64,000 nucleotides of DNA, taken from an uncultured Gammaproteobacteria bacterium (GTDB taxonomy: Bacteria; Patescibacteriota; Microgenomatia; UBA12405). Positions 48,288 through 57,896 of this stretch are shown piece after piece. The position numbers and the translations under genes were made by a program. The stretch covers positions 15,046-79,045 of the forward strand of contig CAZICU010000001.1 of the NCBI GenBank assembly GCA_964537905.1. Reading direction: 5' to 3'. The stretch's first letter is position 1; the number at the start of each line of letters is the position of its first letter. Below the pieces are notes generated by a model. It made no database searches, was not told the origin of the DNA, and saw only the letters and a program-made list of their open reading frames with translations.

Positions 48288-48854
48288 TTATTCAAAATCT
48301 ATGTAAAATCTTTTTTTTCCACATTTCAAACATTTAAATAAATATCCTTGTATATCCCCATGATTTCTCATAAATTCTTCCAAATTATCTTTTTCAATTC
48401 TCAAAATATCCAAAACTTCTTGGATATCATCAGGAACAATATCTTCAATAAATTCTCCAATTTCAACACCACTAACTTGGCCTATTTTACCTATAAATTC
48501 ACAAAAATCACCACAATGATCCATCCAATGATCTTCTTGTATTGAATAAAAACCAGGTGTTTTTTTTGTTAATTCATTTTTGTAATCATCATTTTCAACA
48601 TCACATTCATCAATAGTTGTAAATTCACCTTCATATTTTTTTGCCGCCGAACCATCAGCAATACAATTTGGACAAATTCTTCTTTCTTCTCCCTCATATT
48701 CATATGAATAAAAAGGACCAAAATAAGAATAATTCGAATGTTTACCACAAACAGGACATTCTGTTTCTTTTAACTCTATCGAACCGGTTTTTAAGGGATC
48801 TGGGTGGTATTTAAATTTAGGTAAATCAGTAGTAACTTTTTTATTATCTTCCAT
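48288..48854 (-). CDS. CbrC/UPF0167 family protein
   Basis: LPKFKYHPDPL.TG, CPNCIADGSAA, TPGF..IQ..W..HC.D.C.FIG, YLFKCLKCG. Confidence 0.88.
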   Translation of the reverse strand: MEDNKKVTTDLPKFKYHPDPLKTGSIELKETECPVCGKHSNYSYFGPFYSYEYEGEERRICPNCIADGSAAKKYEGEFTTIDECDVENDDYKNELTKKTPGFYSIQEDHWMDHCGDFCEFIGKIGQVSGVEIGEFIEDIVPDDIQEVLDILRIEKDNLEEFMRNHGDIQGYLFKCLKCGKKRFYIDFE

Positions 48855-48917
48855 TTCTAATAATAAATTTTTAACCTATTTCAATATATCACAATCAAAG
48901 CTTGATATAATACACTC

Positions 48918-49193
48918 ATGCAAAAAATCATTAAATTTTTAAAAGAGGTTGCAGTTGAATTAAAAAATATCACTTGGCCCAAAAAAGATACTTTAATTCA
49001 GCTTACAATTGTGGTAATATCTATCTCGATTATCATTTCCCTTATTTTAGGTAGTTTTGATTATCTTTTTACCAATTCTATTGGACTTATTGGTAAATTA
49101 AAAAATAATAATTCAAATCAAACGATTCAATCGATTGAACCTTCGATTATTCCTTTACCAACGGATGCTTCTACCGCTGGAATTAAAAAATAA
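48918..49193 (+). CDS. secE: Preprotein translocase SecE
   Basis: FLKEVAVELKNITWP, single TM, precedes nusG. Confidence 0.92.
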   Translation: MQKIIKFLKEVAVELKNITWPKKDTLIQLTIVVISISIIISLILGSFDYLFTNSIGLIGKLKNNNSNQTIQSIEPSIIPLPTDASTAGIKK

Positions 49194-49195
49194 TT

Positions 49196-49792
49196 ATGCC
49201 AAAAACATCTAATAAAACTATTCAAAAAGAGTTTCTTTTTAAACTCTCTTCTCGTGAACCTTCTTTTGATGCCGCTTGGTATGTCATCAATACCTATTCC
49301 GGTCACGAATATAAAGTTATAGAAGCTCTCAAAACCCGTATCAAAACTATGGGTCTTGAAGACCAAATTTTTCAAGCCATTATCCCAATTCAAAGCAAAA
49401 TGGTTATTCGACGGGGTCAAAAAGTTAAATCTCAAGAAAAAACTTTTCCTGGTTATGTTTTAATCCAAATGTCACTTTCCGATGATTCTTGGATTACTGT
49501 CCGGACTACTCAAGGAGTTACTGGATTTATTGGAGCTGACAACAAACCCCAAGCTATTTCTCAAGTCGAAGTCGACAAAATTCTTAATCATACCGAAGAA
49601 GAAAAACCAAAATACGAAACTCCATTTTCTATTGGCGATATCGTCAAAATTACCAGCGGTCCCTTTGCTGACTTTATTGGTACTATTGATAGTATCGACC
49701 AAGAAAAAGGTAAAATTCGCTGTTTAGTTTCTTTCTTCGAACGAGAAACTCCAGTCGAACTCGACTTTTTACAAGTTTCCAAAGAGTTGTAA
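49196..49792 (+). CDS. nusG: Transcription factor NusG
   Basis: WYVINTYSGHE, FPGYVL, GVTGF, KOW, RETPVEL. Confidence 0.96.
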   Translation: MPKTSNKTIQKEFLFKLSSREPSFDAAWYVINTYSGHEYKVIEALKTRIKTMGLEDQIFQAIIPIQSKMVIRRGQKVKSQEKTFPGYVLIQMSLSDDSWITVRTTQGVTGFIGADNKPQAISQVEVDKILNHTEEEKPKYETPFSIGDIVKITSGPFADFIGTIDSIDQEKGKIRCLVSFFERETPVELDFLQVSKEL

Positions 49793-49836
49793 TTTTATTA
49801 CTACTCGCTACTTACTAATTAACTAATTTACTAATC

Positions 49837-50262
49837 ATGCCTAAAAAAATTAAAGCCATCGTTAAAATCGCTATTCAAGCAGGTTCAGCTAATCCAGCTC
49901 CTCCAGTCGGTACTGCTCTTGGTCCTCATGGTATTAAAATCATGGATTTCTGTAATGAATTCAATGAAAAAACCAAAGATCAACGAGGTTCAGTTATTCC
50001 TGCCTTGGTCACTATTTATGAAGATCGATCCTTCGAATTTATTCTAAAAAGACCTCCAGTTCCAGATATGATCAAAAAAGCAGCTGGTATCCAAAAAGGT
50101 ACTGGCACTGCTGGCAAAGAAAAGGTAGGTAAATTAACCATGTCTCAGGTTACAGAGATAGCTACCAATAAAATGCCTGATTTAAATACCAAAGATATTG
50201 AAGCCGCCAAAAGATCAGTCATTGGCACTGCCAAATCTATGGGGGTAGAAATAGTCCAATAA
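49837..50262 (+). CDS. rplK: 50S ribosomal protein L11
   Basis: ANPAPPVGTALG, KMPDLN, GTAKSMG. Confidence 0.97.
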   Translation: MPKKIKAIVKIAIQAGSANPAPPVGTALGPHGIKIMDFCNEFNEKTKDQRGSVIPALVTIYEDRSFEFILKRPPVPDMIKKAAGIQKGTGTAGKEKVGKLTMSQVTEIATNKMPDLNTKDIEAAKRSVIGTAKSMGVEIVQ

Positions 50263-50369
50263 CCAAGATACAAGAAACAAACATTATTAGTTACAAACTG
50301 AAAACTCAATAACCAAATATCAAGAAACAAACATTATTGTTTGGAATACTTGAAATTTGTATTTTGGGA
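50257..50369 (+). repeat. 63-bp hairpin element shared with the rplJ-rplL spacer
   Basis: 50307-50369 vs 58407-58469 differ at 2 positions; partial extra copy at 50257-50288. Confidence 0.9.
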
Positions 50370-50399
50370 TTTCAAAATTTATAAATTAAATTTTGTATT

Positions 50400-51161
50400 A
50401 TGAGCAAAACCTCACAAGAAAACAAAAAGAAAGCTCTCAAAGAGCAAGAAAGTGTGGAAGTTCAAAGCACCGAAGGATTAAATCCTGAGATTGCCGAAGG
50501 ACAAAAGGCCGAAGAAACTACTACTGAAGTTTCAGAAACTCCAGCCGAAGAATCCCACAAAATTAAAACCGCCAAAGTTCGTGGCAAAAAATACCAAACT
50601 GCCAAGAAAAAAGTCGATGTTAATAAATATTATTCCTTAAAAGAAGCTATTTCTTTAGTTAAAGAAACTTCTTTTTCAAAATTCGACGGTAAAATCGAAG
50701 CTCACGTCACCACTTATGATATTGGTAACGTCGGTGAAATTACTTTTCCTCATTTAGAAACCGCTAGCAAAAAAATTGTTGTCCTCAATGACACTATTTT
50801 AACTGAAATCAAAGACGGTCAAGTAAATTTTGACATCATTATTGCTACTCCAGCTACTATGCCAAAATTATTACCTTTTGCTCGTGTTTTAGGCCCCAAA
50901 GGTTTAATGCCCAATCCTAAAAACGGAACGCTAACCGATGATCCAGAAACTGCTGTCAAACGTTTGTCAGTAGCCAAAACTATGGTCAAAACCGAGAAAA
51001 AAGCCCCTATTGTTCATATAGTAGTCGGTAAAATTTCTCAACCAGTCGATGAATTAACCGCTAACATCGAAGAACTTATCAAAGTAGTCAAATCCAACAA
51101 AATCAAAAAATTGGCTCTCTGTGCTACCATGGGTCCTTGTGTTAAAGTTGAGGTTAAGTAA
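50400..51161 (+). CDS. rplA: 50S ribosomal protein L1 (acidic N-terminal extension, shortened middle)
   Basis: LGPKGLMPNPKNGT, TMGP. Confidence 0.93.
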   Translation: MSKTSQENKKKALKEQESVEVQSTEGLNPEIAEGQKAEETTTEVSETPAEESHKIKTAKVRGKKYQTAKKKVDVNKYYSLKEAISLVKETSFSKFDGKIEAHVTTYDIGNVGEITFPHLETASKKIVVLNDTILTEIKDGQVNFDIIIATPATMPKLLPFARVLGPKGLMPNPKNGTLTDDPETAVKRLSVAKTMVKTEKKAPIVHIVVGKISQPVDELTANIEELIKVVKSNKIKKLALCATMGPCVKVEVK

Positions 51162-51281
51162 AACTTGACCGAAATTCCGCCATTGTAAGACTAAAATTAA
51201 ATAAAATTTTATTTTAAATCTAATTTCCCCTCCCAAAAGGAGGGGTTTTTGTGATTCTTAATTTTTCCGCTAAAATAGATA

Positions 51282-52001
51282 ATGGTCTCTTCTTTTAATC
51301 AACTTATTTATTTTTTTATTATATATTCTTTCCTCGGTTGGATTATTGAAATTATTTATACTTTTTTCAAAAGAAAAAAATTTATCAATCGTGGTTTTCT
51401 TTTTGGTCCATTTTGTCCTATTTATGGTTTTGGAATTATTTTTTTGATTAATCTCCTCCAGCCTTTTTTTTCTCAGCCTCTATTAATTTTTATTGGAACA
51501 ATTATTATCACTTCCACTATCGAATATTCCACTGGTTTTATTTTAGATAAAATTTTTCATACCCATTGGTGGAATTACTCTCAAGAACCATTTAATTTAA
51601 ATGGTTACATTTGTCTTCGTTTTTCTTTATATTGGGGAATTTTTGGCACATTATTTCTTTATTTTATTCATCCATATATCCAAAATTTAGTTATCAAATT
51701 AGATTTAAATAATTTTTGGTGGCTACCAAATTTGATAATTATTTATCTTCTTATTGATTTCGGTTTTACTTTAAAATCACTTATTAAAATCAAAGCTATT
51801 TATAAAAATTTCAATAAAGTTAAAAAACATTATCTCAATATTCGTCAAGAGTTTTATCAACACAATTTAAATCTTCTTGATTTTAAAAACGTCAAAAAAG
51901 ATTTTTCAAAAAACCGTAAAATGCTTCGTCGAAAAATTAAAAAATTCCATCTTGTCAAAGCTTTCCCTAATTTATATTTGATAAATAAACCCAAAAAATA
52001 A
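51282..52001 (+). CDS. Putative ABC transporter permease (DUF1113/CmpB-like)
   Basis: YSFLGW..E, NRGFLFGPFCPIYGFG, WWNYS..PFNLNGYICL. Confidence 0.85.
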   Translation: MVSSFNQLIYFFIIYSFLGWIIEIIYTFFKRKKFINRGFLFGPFCPIYGFGIIFLINLLQPFFSQPLLIFIGTIIITSTIEYSTGFILDKIFHTHWWNYSQEPFNLNGYICLRFSLYWGIFGTLFLYFIHPYIQNLVIKLDLNNFWWLPNLIIIYLLIDFGFTLKSLIKIKAIYKNFNKVKKHYLNIRQEFYQHNLNLLDFKNVKKDFSKNRKMLRRKIKKFHLVKAFPNLYLINKPKK

Positions 52002-52006
52002 TAGCC

Positions 52007-52930
52007 CTATTTCAAAGCTAATTCAATCATTTTATCCAAAAGTTGCGGATAATCAATTCCAACTGCTTTAGCTTCTTTTGGTAGTAAAGAATTTGGTGTT
52101 AACCCTGGAATAGTATTCATTTCTAAAACTACTGGTTTAGTTCCTTCTTTAACTATAAAATCAACTCTAATAAATCCCCGAGAATTCGTTACTTCAAAAA
52201 CTTTCAAAGAATATTCTTGAATTTTTTTAGTTATTTCCTCATTTAACCTAGCTGGGACAATTTCTTCACATTTACCATCAGTATATTTTGCCTCATAATC
52301 AAAAAAATTATTTTTAGGACAAATTTCTATCACTGGCAAAGCTATTGGATCTTGGTTACCTATTACACCAGAAGAAACTTCCATTCCTGAAACAAATTCT
52401 TCAATTATCGCCGTTCTTTCAAAACCAAAAACTAAATCCAAAGCTTTATCTAAATTATTTAAATCATCTAAAATAGTGACTCCGACACTTGATCCCTGAC
52501 TTGCAGGTTTCACTACCCATTTATTTCCTAATTCTTTGATTCCATCCAGATCAACTAATTCCCCTTTTGTTACGTTTAACCCTTTTGGTACCGGTATTCC
52601 ATTTTTTTCTACTAATTCCAAAAATTTAATTTTATCTATTCCAATTTGCGACGCTTCTGATCCACAACCAGTAAATTTAATTCCTTCATCTTCAAATATT
52701 TTTTGGATTATTCCCCCCTCACCTATTCCACCATGCAAAGCAATAAAAACCACCTCTGGGAAAATAGTTTTGATTTTTTTCAAATCCAATTCAGATGTTT
52801 CCATTATCATCGGAATTACTTCGTATTTTTCTCTATTCAAATTTTTTAAAACCTCATTTCCTGAAGACAAAGAAACCTCATGTTCTGAACTTCCACCTCC
52901 CATTAACACCAATACTTTAATTTTTTGCAT
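52007..52930 (-). CDS. ddl: D-alanine--D-alanine ligase
   Basis: GGGSSEHEVSL, ALHG, GSSVG, DYEAKY, EMNTIPG. Confidence 0.95.
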   Translation of the reverse strand: MQKIKVLVLMGGGSSEHEVSLSSGNEVLKNLNREKYEVIPMIMETSELDLKKIKTIFPEVVFIALHGGIGEGGIIQKIFEDEGIKFTGCGSEASQIGIDKIKFLELVEKNGIPVPKGLNVTKGELVDLDGIKELGNKWVVKPASQGSSVGVTILDDLNNLDKALDLVFGFERTAIIEEFVSGMEVSSGVIGNQDPIALPVIEICPKNNFFDYEAKYTDGKCEEIVPARLNEEITKKIQEYSLKVFEVTNSRGFIRVDFIVKEGTKPVVLEMNTIPGLTPNSLLPKEAKAVGIDYPQLLDKMIELALK

Positions 52931-52962
52931 ATGAATTTCATTATACCTGATAAAATACATTA

Positions 52963-54168
52963 GTGAAAAAAAAACTTTCTTCGTTCGTTCTCAATTATAT
53001 TCGTTTCTTTGCCAAGCTCCAGCTTGCCAAAGTCCGTTTTCTTCAAAAAAGAAAACATAAACAATTAGATATTGTAGGTATCACCGGCTCTGCTGGCAAA
53101 AGTTCGACTCTTTTAGCCTGTCAATCCGTTTTCCCTAAAAACATCAAAGTCAAAACCAACAATGGCTGCAATTCTGAATCTGGTCTTCCTTTAAGTTTTC
53201 TTGATCTCAAAATTAATAATTACAATTTTTTTTCTTGGTTAAAAATTATTTTCCTTTCCCCACTTCAATATCTTATTAATTGGAAAACTTACGATATTTT
53301 AATTTTAGAAATGGGTATTGATTCTCCCCTTTGGCCTAAAAATATGGATTATCTTTTATCTATTGTTAAACCCAATATTGGCATTTTTCTCAATGTTAGC
53401 TCGGTTCATATAATGTCTTTTAAATCACTCGATCAAATTGCTGTCGAAAAAGCTAAATTAGTTAATCAAGCCCAAATTGCTATTATTAATTCTCAAGATA
53501 AATTAGTTGTTAAACACACTATTAATAATAATATTATTAAACTTATTCCTACTAATATTAAATTTAAAAAATTCTTTTTACCTTCAATTTATGATATTAG
53601 TTTTGGTGCCGCTCTTTCATTAGCTAAACTTTTTAATCTTCCCCAAAAACAAGCCATCGAAAATATTCAAAATAATTTTTCCTTGCCTCCTTCCCGTTCT
53701 TCAATTTTATCAGGAATCAAGAATACTACTATCATTGATAGCTCTTACAACTCCTCTCCACTTGCCTGCCAGGAATTACTTAAATTTCTTTCACAATTTA
53801 AAACCAAAAGGACAATTGCCGTATTAGGAGATATGCGAGAATTGGGCAAATCTAGTCAGTTTGAACACCATCGTATTTACGAAATTGCGATTCAATCAGC
53901 CGATTTAATTATCACTGTTGGTCCAGAAACTACCAAATATTTTGGTGATAAATCTCAAAAATTTACCTACTGGTGGCAAGCAGTCAATTATCTCCAAGAG
54001 ACTATCAAAGGTGGTGAAACCATTTTAATCAAAGGTTCTCAAAATACTATTTATCTGGAAGAATTAGTCAAAACTATCTTATCTGATCCAAAAGATTCTT
54101 CAAAACTCTGTCGTCAATCGTCTTGGTGGCTCAAAACCAAAGCCAAATTCAAACAAAAAAATAAATAA
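52963..54168 (+). CDS. murF: MurF-like Mur ligase
   Basis: GITGSAGKSS, LEMG, IIDSSYNSSP, LGDMRELG, IKGSQ. Confidence 0.85.
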   Translation: MKKKLSSFVLNYIRFFAKLQLAKVRFLQKRKHKQLDIVGITGSAGKSSTLLACQSVFPKNIKVKTNNGCNSESGLPLSFLDLKINNYNFFSWLKIIFLSPLQYLINWKTYDILILEMGIDSPLWPKNMDYLLSIVKPNIGIFLNVSSVHIMSFKSLDQIAVEKAKLVNQAQIAIINSQDKLVVKHTINNNIIKLIPTNIKFKKFFLPSIYDISFGAALSLAKLFNLPQKQAIENIQNNFSLPPSRSSILSGIKNTTIIDSSYNSSPLACQELLKFLSQFKTKRTIAVLGDMRELGKSSQFEHHRIYEIAIQSADLIITVGPETTKYFGDKSQKFTYWWQAVNYLQETIKGGETILIKGSQNTIYLEELVKTILSDPKDSSKLCRQSSWWLKTKAKFKQKNK

Positions 54169-54172
54169 TACT

Positions 54173-54748
54173 TTACCCTTTAAAATCTCTATCTTTTTTC
54201 ATTTCTCTTTCAATCAAATTTCTCAAAAACACTGCCTTGGGAATCATTCTTTTTTGTCCTACCCAATCTAAATAATTCAAAATCCTTGGACTAACAAAAA
54301 AATTAAATCTCATGTCGACCAAAGCTTTGGCTTTTTTAATTGATTCTCGAATAATTTTTTCTAAATCATCTTCAGTATATTCTGCCAAAATTAATTTGGG
54401 ATTAGTAATCCCTTTTATAAAAATTGGGTTAGCTTCATTTTTATACAAAGCAATTACTGGTTTATTTTCTTTTAAAGCTTGGCTAATAATATAACCCATC
54501 GACATACTATGTCCCGAAACTTCCATTATTACGATATCCGTTTTATGAATAGATTTTAATACTTGTTCATAATTATTCTTTTTTATTTGAATCGGAGCTT
54601 GACTTAAATCTTCCACTCCCAATTTAACCCATTTCCACACTGTATCACTCACCATTTTATGGTCCTCAGCGATAAATTTATACATCTTAGAATAAAGATC
54701 GATATTTTTCCCTACTAATCTTGAAGAAGCCACAAAATATATCTGCAT
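54173..54748 (-). CDS. Nucleoside 2-deoxyribosyltransferase-like fold with probable C-terminal ribbon-helix-helix
   Basis: DIVIMEVSGHSMSMGY...KPVIALY; RFNFFVSPRILNYLDW...KAVFLRNLI. Confidence 0.6.
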   Translation of the reverse strand: MQIYFVASSRLVGKNIDLYSKMYKFIAEDHKMVSDTVWKWVKLGVEDLSQAPIQIKKNNYEQVLKSIHKTDIVIMEVSGHSMSMGYIISQALKENKPVIALYKNEANPIFIKGITNPKLILAEYTEDDLEKIIRESIKKAKALVDMRFNFFVSPRILNYLDWVGQKRMIPKAVFLRNLIEREMKKDRDFKG

Positions 54749-54770
54749 AACTTATTTTACTATATTTTTA

Positions 54771-54910
54771 AACCCTTTGTTCCTTCGGGATATTTCCCTT
54801 TAAAAGGGCAATTGTTTTCCTCAAAAATTTTCTAAAACCTAACCCTCACCCTGCCATGGGCAGGGTAAAAGAATATTCCCCTCTTATGAAAGAGGGGGTT
54901 AGGGGGAGAT
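54771..54910. repeat. Cluster of GC-rich hairpin repeats
   Basis: 54771-54810, accctgccatgggcagggt ~54848-54867, ccctcttatgaaagaggg ~54879-54896. Confidence 0.65.
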
Positions 54911-55981
54911 GGAAAATTTTTCTTTAAAAAATTCCACATCCATTTTTATCACCTCATCCCAAGACTGTTTTAAATTATGATCATTATCTTGTCGAATATC
55001 CAATTCCACCTCTTTTCCCAACTTTTCCAATCTGTTTTGCAAATCTCGTTGCCAACTGACTTGACACCAAACATCAGCAGTTCCTTGATGAATCAAAATT
55101 GGGGCATTTATCCACTCATAAAAATTATCAATCGAATAAAGCTTACTGTCATAATCTTGTTCAAAATCAGCAATTTTTTGTTTGACAATTTTTCCTCCTT
55201 CACTCTCATCCATAGTTTCCAAAATACTTTGGGGAAATGGATTAGTCATTGGCGCCCACAATACTGTCGGATAATTTTTCCCTGTTATTTCCAACACCGA
55301 AATAGCAATTTGGCCCCCATTACTATGAGACCAAATTCCAATTTTATTACTATCAACATAATCTAAATTTTTTACTGATTCAATCAAATCCAATACACTC
55401 ACTGGTTTTTCAAATCGAGCCTCTAAAATATCTTTTGATTCTGAAAAAGACTTACCATATCCCAAAAAATCCAAACTGACAGTTACAAAACCATTTCTAG
55501 CCAATTCGTCAGCCGCTTTCCAACTTCCAGAACCCACAAAATACCCCTCACTTTCTGCATATCCTCGAATCATAATTATTATAGGCCTACTCACCAAGAC
55601 TGCGGAGCTGTCGGTGGGCACATTCATCATTCCACTTATTTTCTTTCCATTACTTTCAAATAAAATCTCATAACTCTTAAAATTATTTTCTTTTGTAACT
55701 CCTTCTTTTTTATAAGCCTTCAACAATTTTTTTCTTGCCTCATCCAACACAATACTTTCTCCCACAATTTTAATTTCCCCAGCTTTATTTTCTCTTTTTC
55801 TTAAATTTTCAAAATTATATTGAGCCAAATAACCTATATTTTTTTGCTTTACTGTTTTAGTTATCTTTCCACTACTTTTTGGCGATAACCAAGTAACTTC
55901 TTTTGATAAAAATTTTTCAATTCCTATCCCCAATCCAACAAATAAAATAAAAATCAGAATTATTTTAATAATTTTCATCAC
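54899..55981 (-). CDS. Membrane-anchored alpha/beta hydrolase (S9 peptidase-like)
   Basis: WSHSNGG nucleophile elbow, HQGTAD, DHN. Confidence 0.85.
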   Translation of the reverse strand: MMKIIKIILIFILFVGLGIGIEKFLSKEVTWLSPKSSGKITKTVKQKNIGYLAQYNFENLRKRENKAGEIKIVGESIVLDEARKKLLKAYKKEGVTKENNFKSYEILFESNGKKISGMMNVPTDSSAVLVSRPIIIMIRGYAESEGYFVGSGSWKAADELARNGFVTVSLDFLGYGKSFSESKDILEARFEKPVSVLDLIESVKNLDYVDSNKIGIWSHSNGGQIAISVLEITGKNYPTVLWAPMTNPFPQSILETMDESEGGKIVKQKIADFEQDYDSKLYSIDNFYEWINAPILIHQGTADVWCQVSWQRDLQNRLEKLGKEVELDIRQDNDHNLKQSWDEVIKMDVEFFKEKFSISP

Positions 55982-56092
55982 TCTTAATTTATACCAAAGT
56001 TTATTTAGAAATTAGACATTAGATATTAGAAATTTCATTTTTTATCCTATAATACTTGATTTGTTCAATTTAATAAGTTATAATCTCCTACT

Positions 56093-56737
56093 ATGTCTTC
56101 AGAGTTATCAATGACATCTGCTACTTTTTTTCACCTTTGGGGTGATTCCTTTGAATCTAATCAAAATTTTAATGATGATTATTGTTTAACCGCTCCTGAA
56201 CTCAAATGTTCATATAAATCAGAAGAAATCAAAGACGCATTTAAACCTATAATTGAAAGTATTAATAAATATTTTCCTTCATTAACTAATAAAAAAATTT
56301 TAGAAATCGGTGGTTCATCGGGCTTATTTTCTCAATATCTTCAAGATCAAAGTGCTGACGTTACTATGTTAGAAATACAAGAAAAATTTGTGGAAAAAGC
56401 CAAAGAAAGAGGCATTAACGCCAAAGTTTACACCGGTCTTAATTTTGATGATGTTATTAAAGGTCAATCTTTCGATATAATTGTTGCCAATCGTGTCTTT
56501 GAAGATATTGTTATGCCAGAATATAAGGCTCAAAATTTAGTTCGAGAACTTTATTCTCATCATCTCAATCCATCAGGAATCATCGTTATTGGAACTAAAC
56601 AACCAGAAGCTGTTTGGAAATATAATTCCACTCCTTCTATGAATTTTAAAACCAAAGAATCATTTTCTTATCGCCATTCTTATATTAAACAGGTCGATGT
56701 TTATCAAAAACCAACTCAAGAAAGTACATCTCTTTGA
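56093..56737 (+). CDS. Class I SAM-dependent methyltransferase
   Basis: ILEIGGSSG, FDIIV, LNPSGII. Confidence 0.8.
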   Translation: MSSELSMTSATFFHLWGDSFESNQNFNDDYCLTAPELKCSYKSEEIKDAFKPIIESINKYFPSLTNKKILEIGGSSGLFSQYLQDQSADVTMLEIQEKFVEKAKERGINAKVYTGLNFDDVIKGQSFDIIVANRVFEDIVMPEYKAQNLVRELYSHHLNPSGIIVIGTKQPEAVWKYNSTPSMNFKTKESFSYRHSYIKQVDVYQKPTQESTSL

Positions 56738-56966
56738 CAAAAACCAAAATTTAAGCTAAAATCCTATAATATAAAATTTAAAAAAATGAAAAATAGCTTT
56801 TCAATTTTTTTTAAAATTTTATCTCGCACCTTACCAGTTGGTAATTGTTTTAAACAAAAAAATATCTCAAACAATATTTCAATTAAAATTTCAGACGCAA
56901 GTCTGTTTATATAGATAACGTTATTTGACAAAAAACAAAATATTTATTGAAGAAAGAGGGACTTTA

Positions 56967-57164
56967 ATGTCGAAAGTTTCTGTAACTGTTAGCTGGGATG
57001 GTTTACCCCCAATCAACGCTGAGGAGATTATATCTCGTATTCCTTATACCCTTGGTATTGAAATAAATCCAGCAAATCCAACGACAATAAAGATCGAAAA
57101 AACACAAATTCCAAAACTTCAAACGTATTTAAAACCATTTGGCCTCGAGGTCCATAATGAATAA
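56967..57164 (+). CDS. Small hypothetical protein
   Basis: GAGGG SD-like sequence before ATG 56967; 65 aa. Confidence 0.5.
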   Translation: MSKVSVTVSWDGLPPINAEEIISRIPYTLGIEINPANPTTIKIEKTQIPKLQTYLKPFGLEVHNE

Positions 57165-57316
57165 GATTACCAACTGACGTCAGGCCCTAGATATTAAATA
57201 ATAATAGGTGAATCTAAAATTCATCAATTTTCATTATTTTTTATCTAGGGCTTTTTTCACGCCAAAATTTGTAAAACATATTGCATTTATTTAAAATCAG
57301 TCTTATAATATCGGTA

Positions 57317-57604
57317 ATGTTCGAAAAAGATAATAAAGGTTTAAACACAGAAACAGAAAAATGTACTGCACAACTTCTTTGTGACTTCGATAAACTTATT
57401 AAAGCTCTTAATGAAACTGGTGAAAAGCTCTCTCCTGTTTCATTAAACGATATAAAAGAAAAAATTTTTACTCTTACTGGACAACCTGATCCAAAAAGAA
57501 ACGAAGAAACGATATCACCAGAATATTTACAAGATATTAAATATACTAAATTTCTTAAAGATTTAAAAAAAAGACCTGAAAAACCTAATCAAAAACTATC
57601 GTAA
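57317..57604 (+). CDS. Hypothetical protein
   Basis: TTGCAT...TATAAT promoter directly before ATG. Confidence 0.6.
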   Translation: MFEKDNKGLNTETEKCTAQLLCDFDKLIKALNETGEKLSPVSLNDIKEKIFTLTGQPDPKRNEETISPEYLQDIKYTKFLKDLKKRPEKPNQKLS

Positions 57605-57730
57605 GAATAAGTTTGTTTTTGTAAGATTATAAATCTATCCCATAATTTGAAATAAGTTTTAAATAAGCAACTAGGGTCTTTCGCATTTATAAGTATATTT
57701 TTTTAATTATTTCTGTTATAATTCCCCATC

Positions 57731-57850
57731 TAACCGAAGACAGCAGGTTTAGTATTCCGAAACTTTAGTGAAGGATACTCATAAATCCCGCCGAGGCAAA
57801 ACAATTTATTTTGTTTTTATATAATCCTCGCTTCTTCGGCGAGGCTTTTT
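57731..57850 (+). promoter_or_regulatory. Ribosomal protein L10 leader
   Basis: CCGAAGACAGCAGG ... TAAATCCCGCCGAGG kink-turn signature, then hairpin plus U-tract, upstream of rplJ. Confidence 0.85.
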
Positions 57851-57896
57851 TTTGTTTTACTAAAAACTAAAAAGCTAATTACTAATTAACTAAAGA

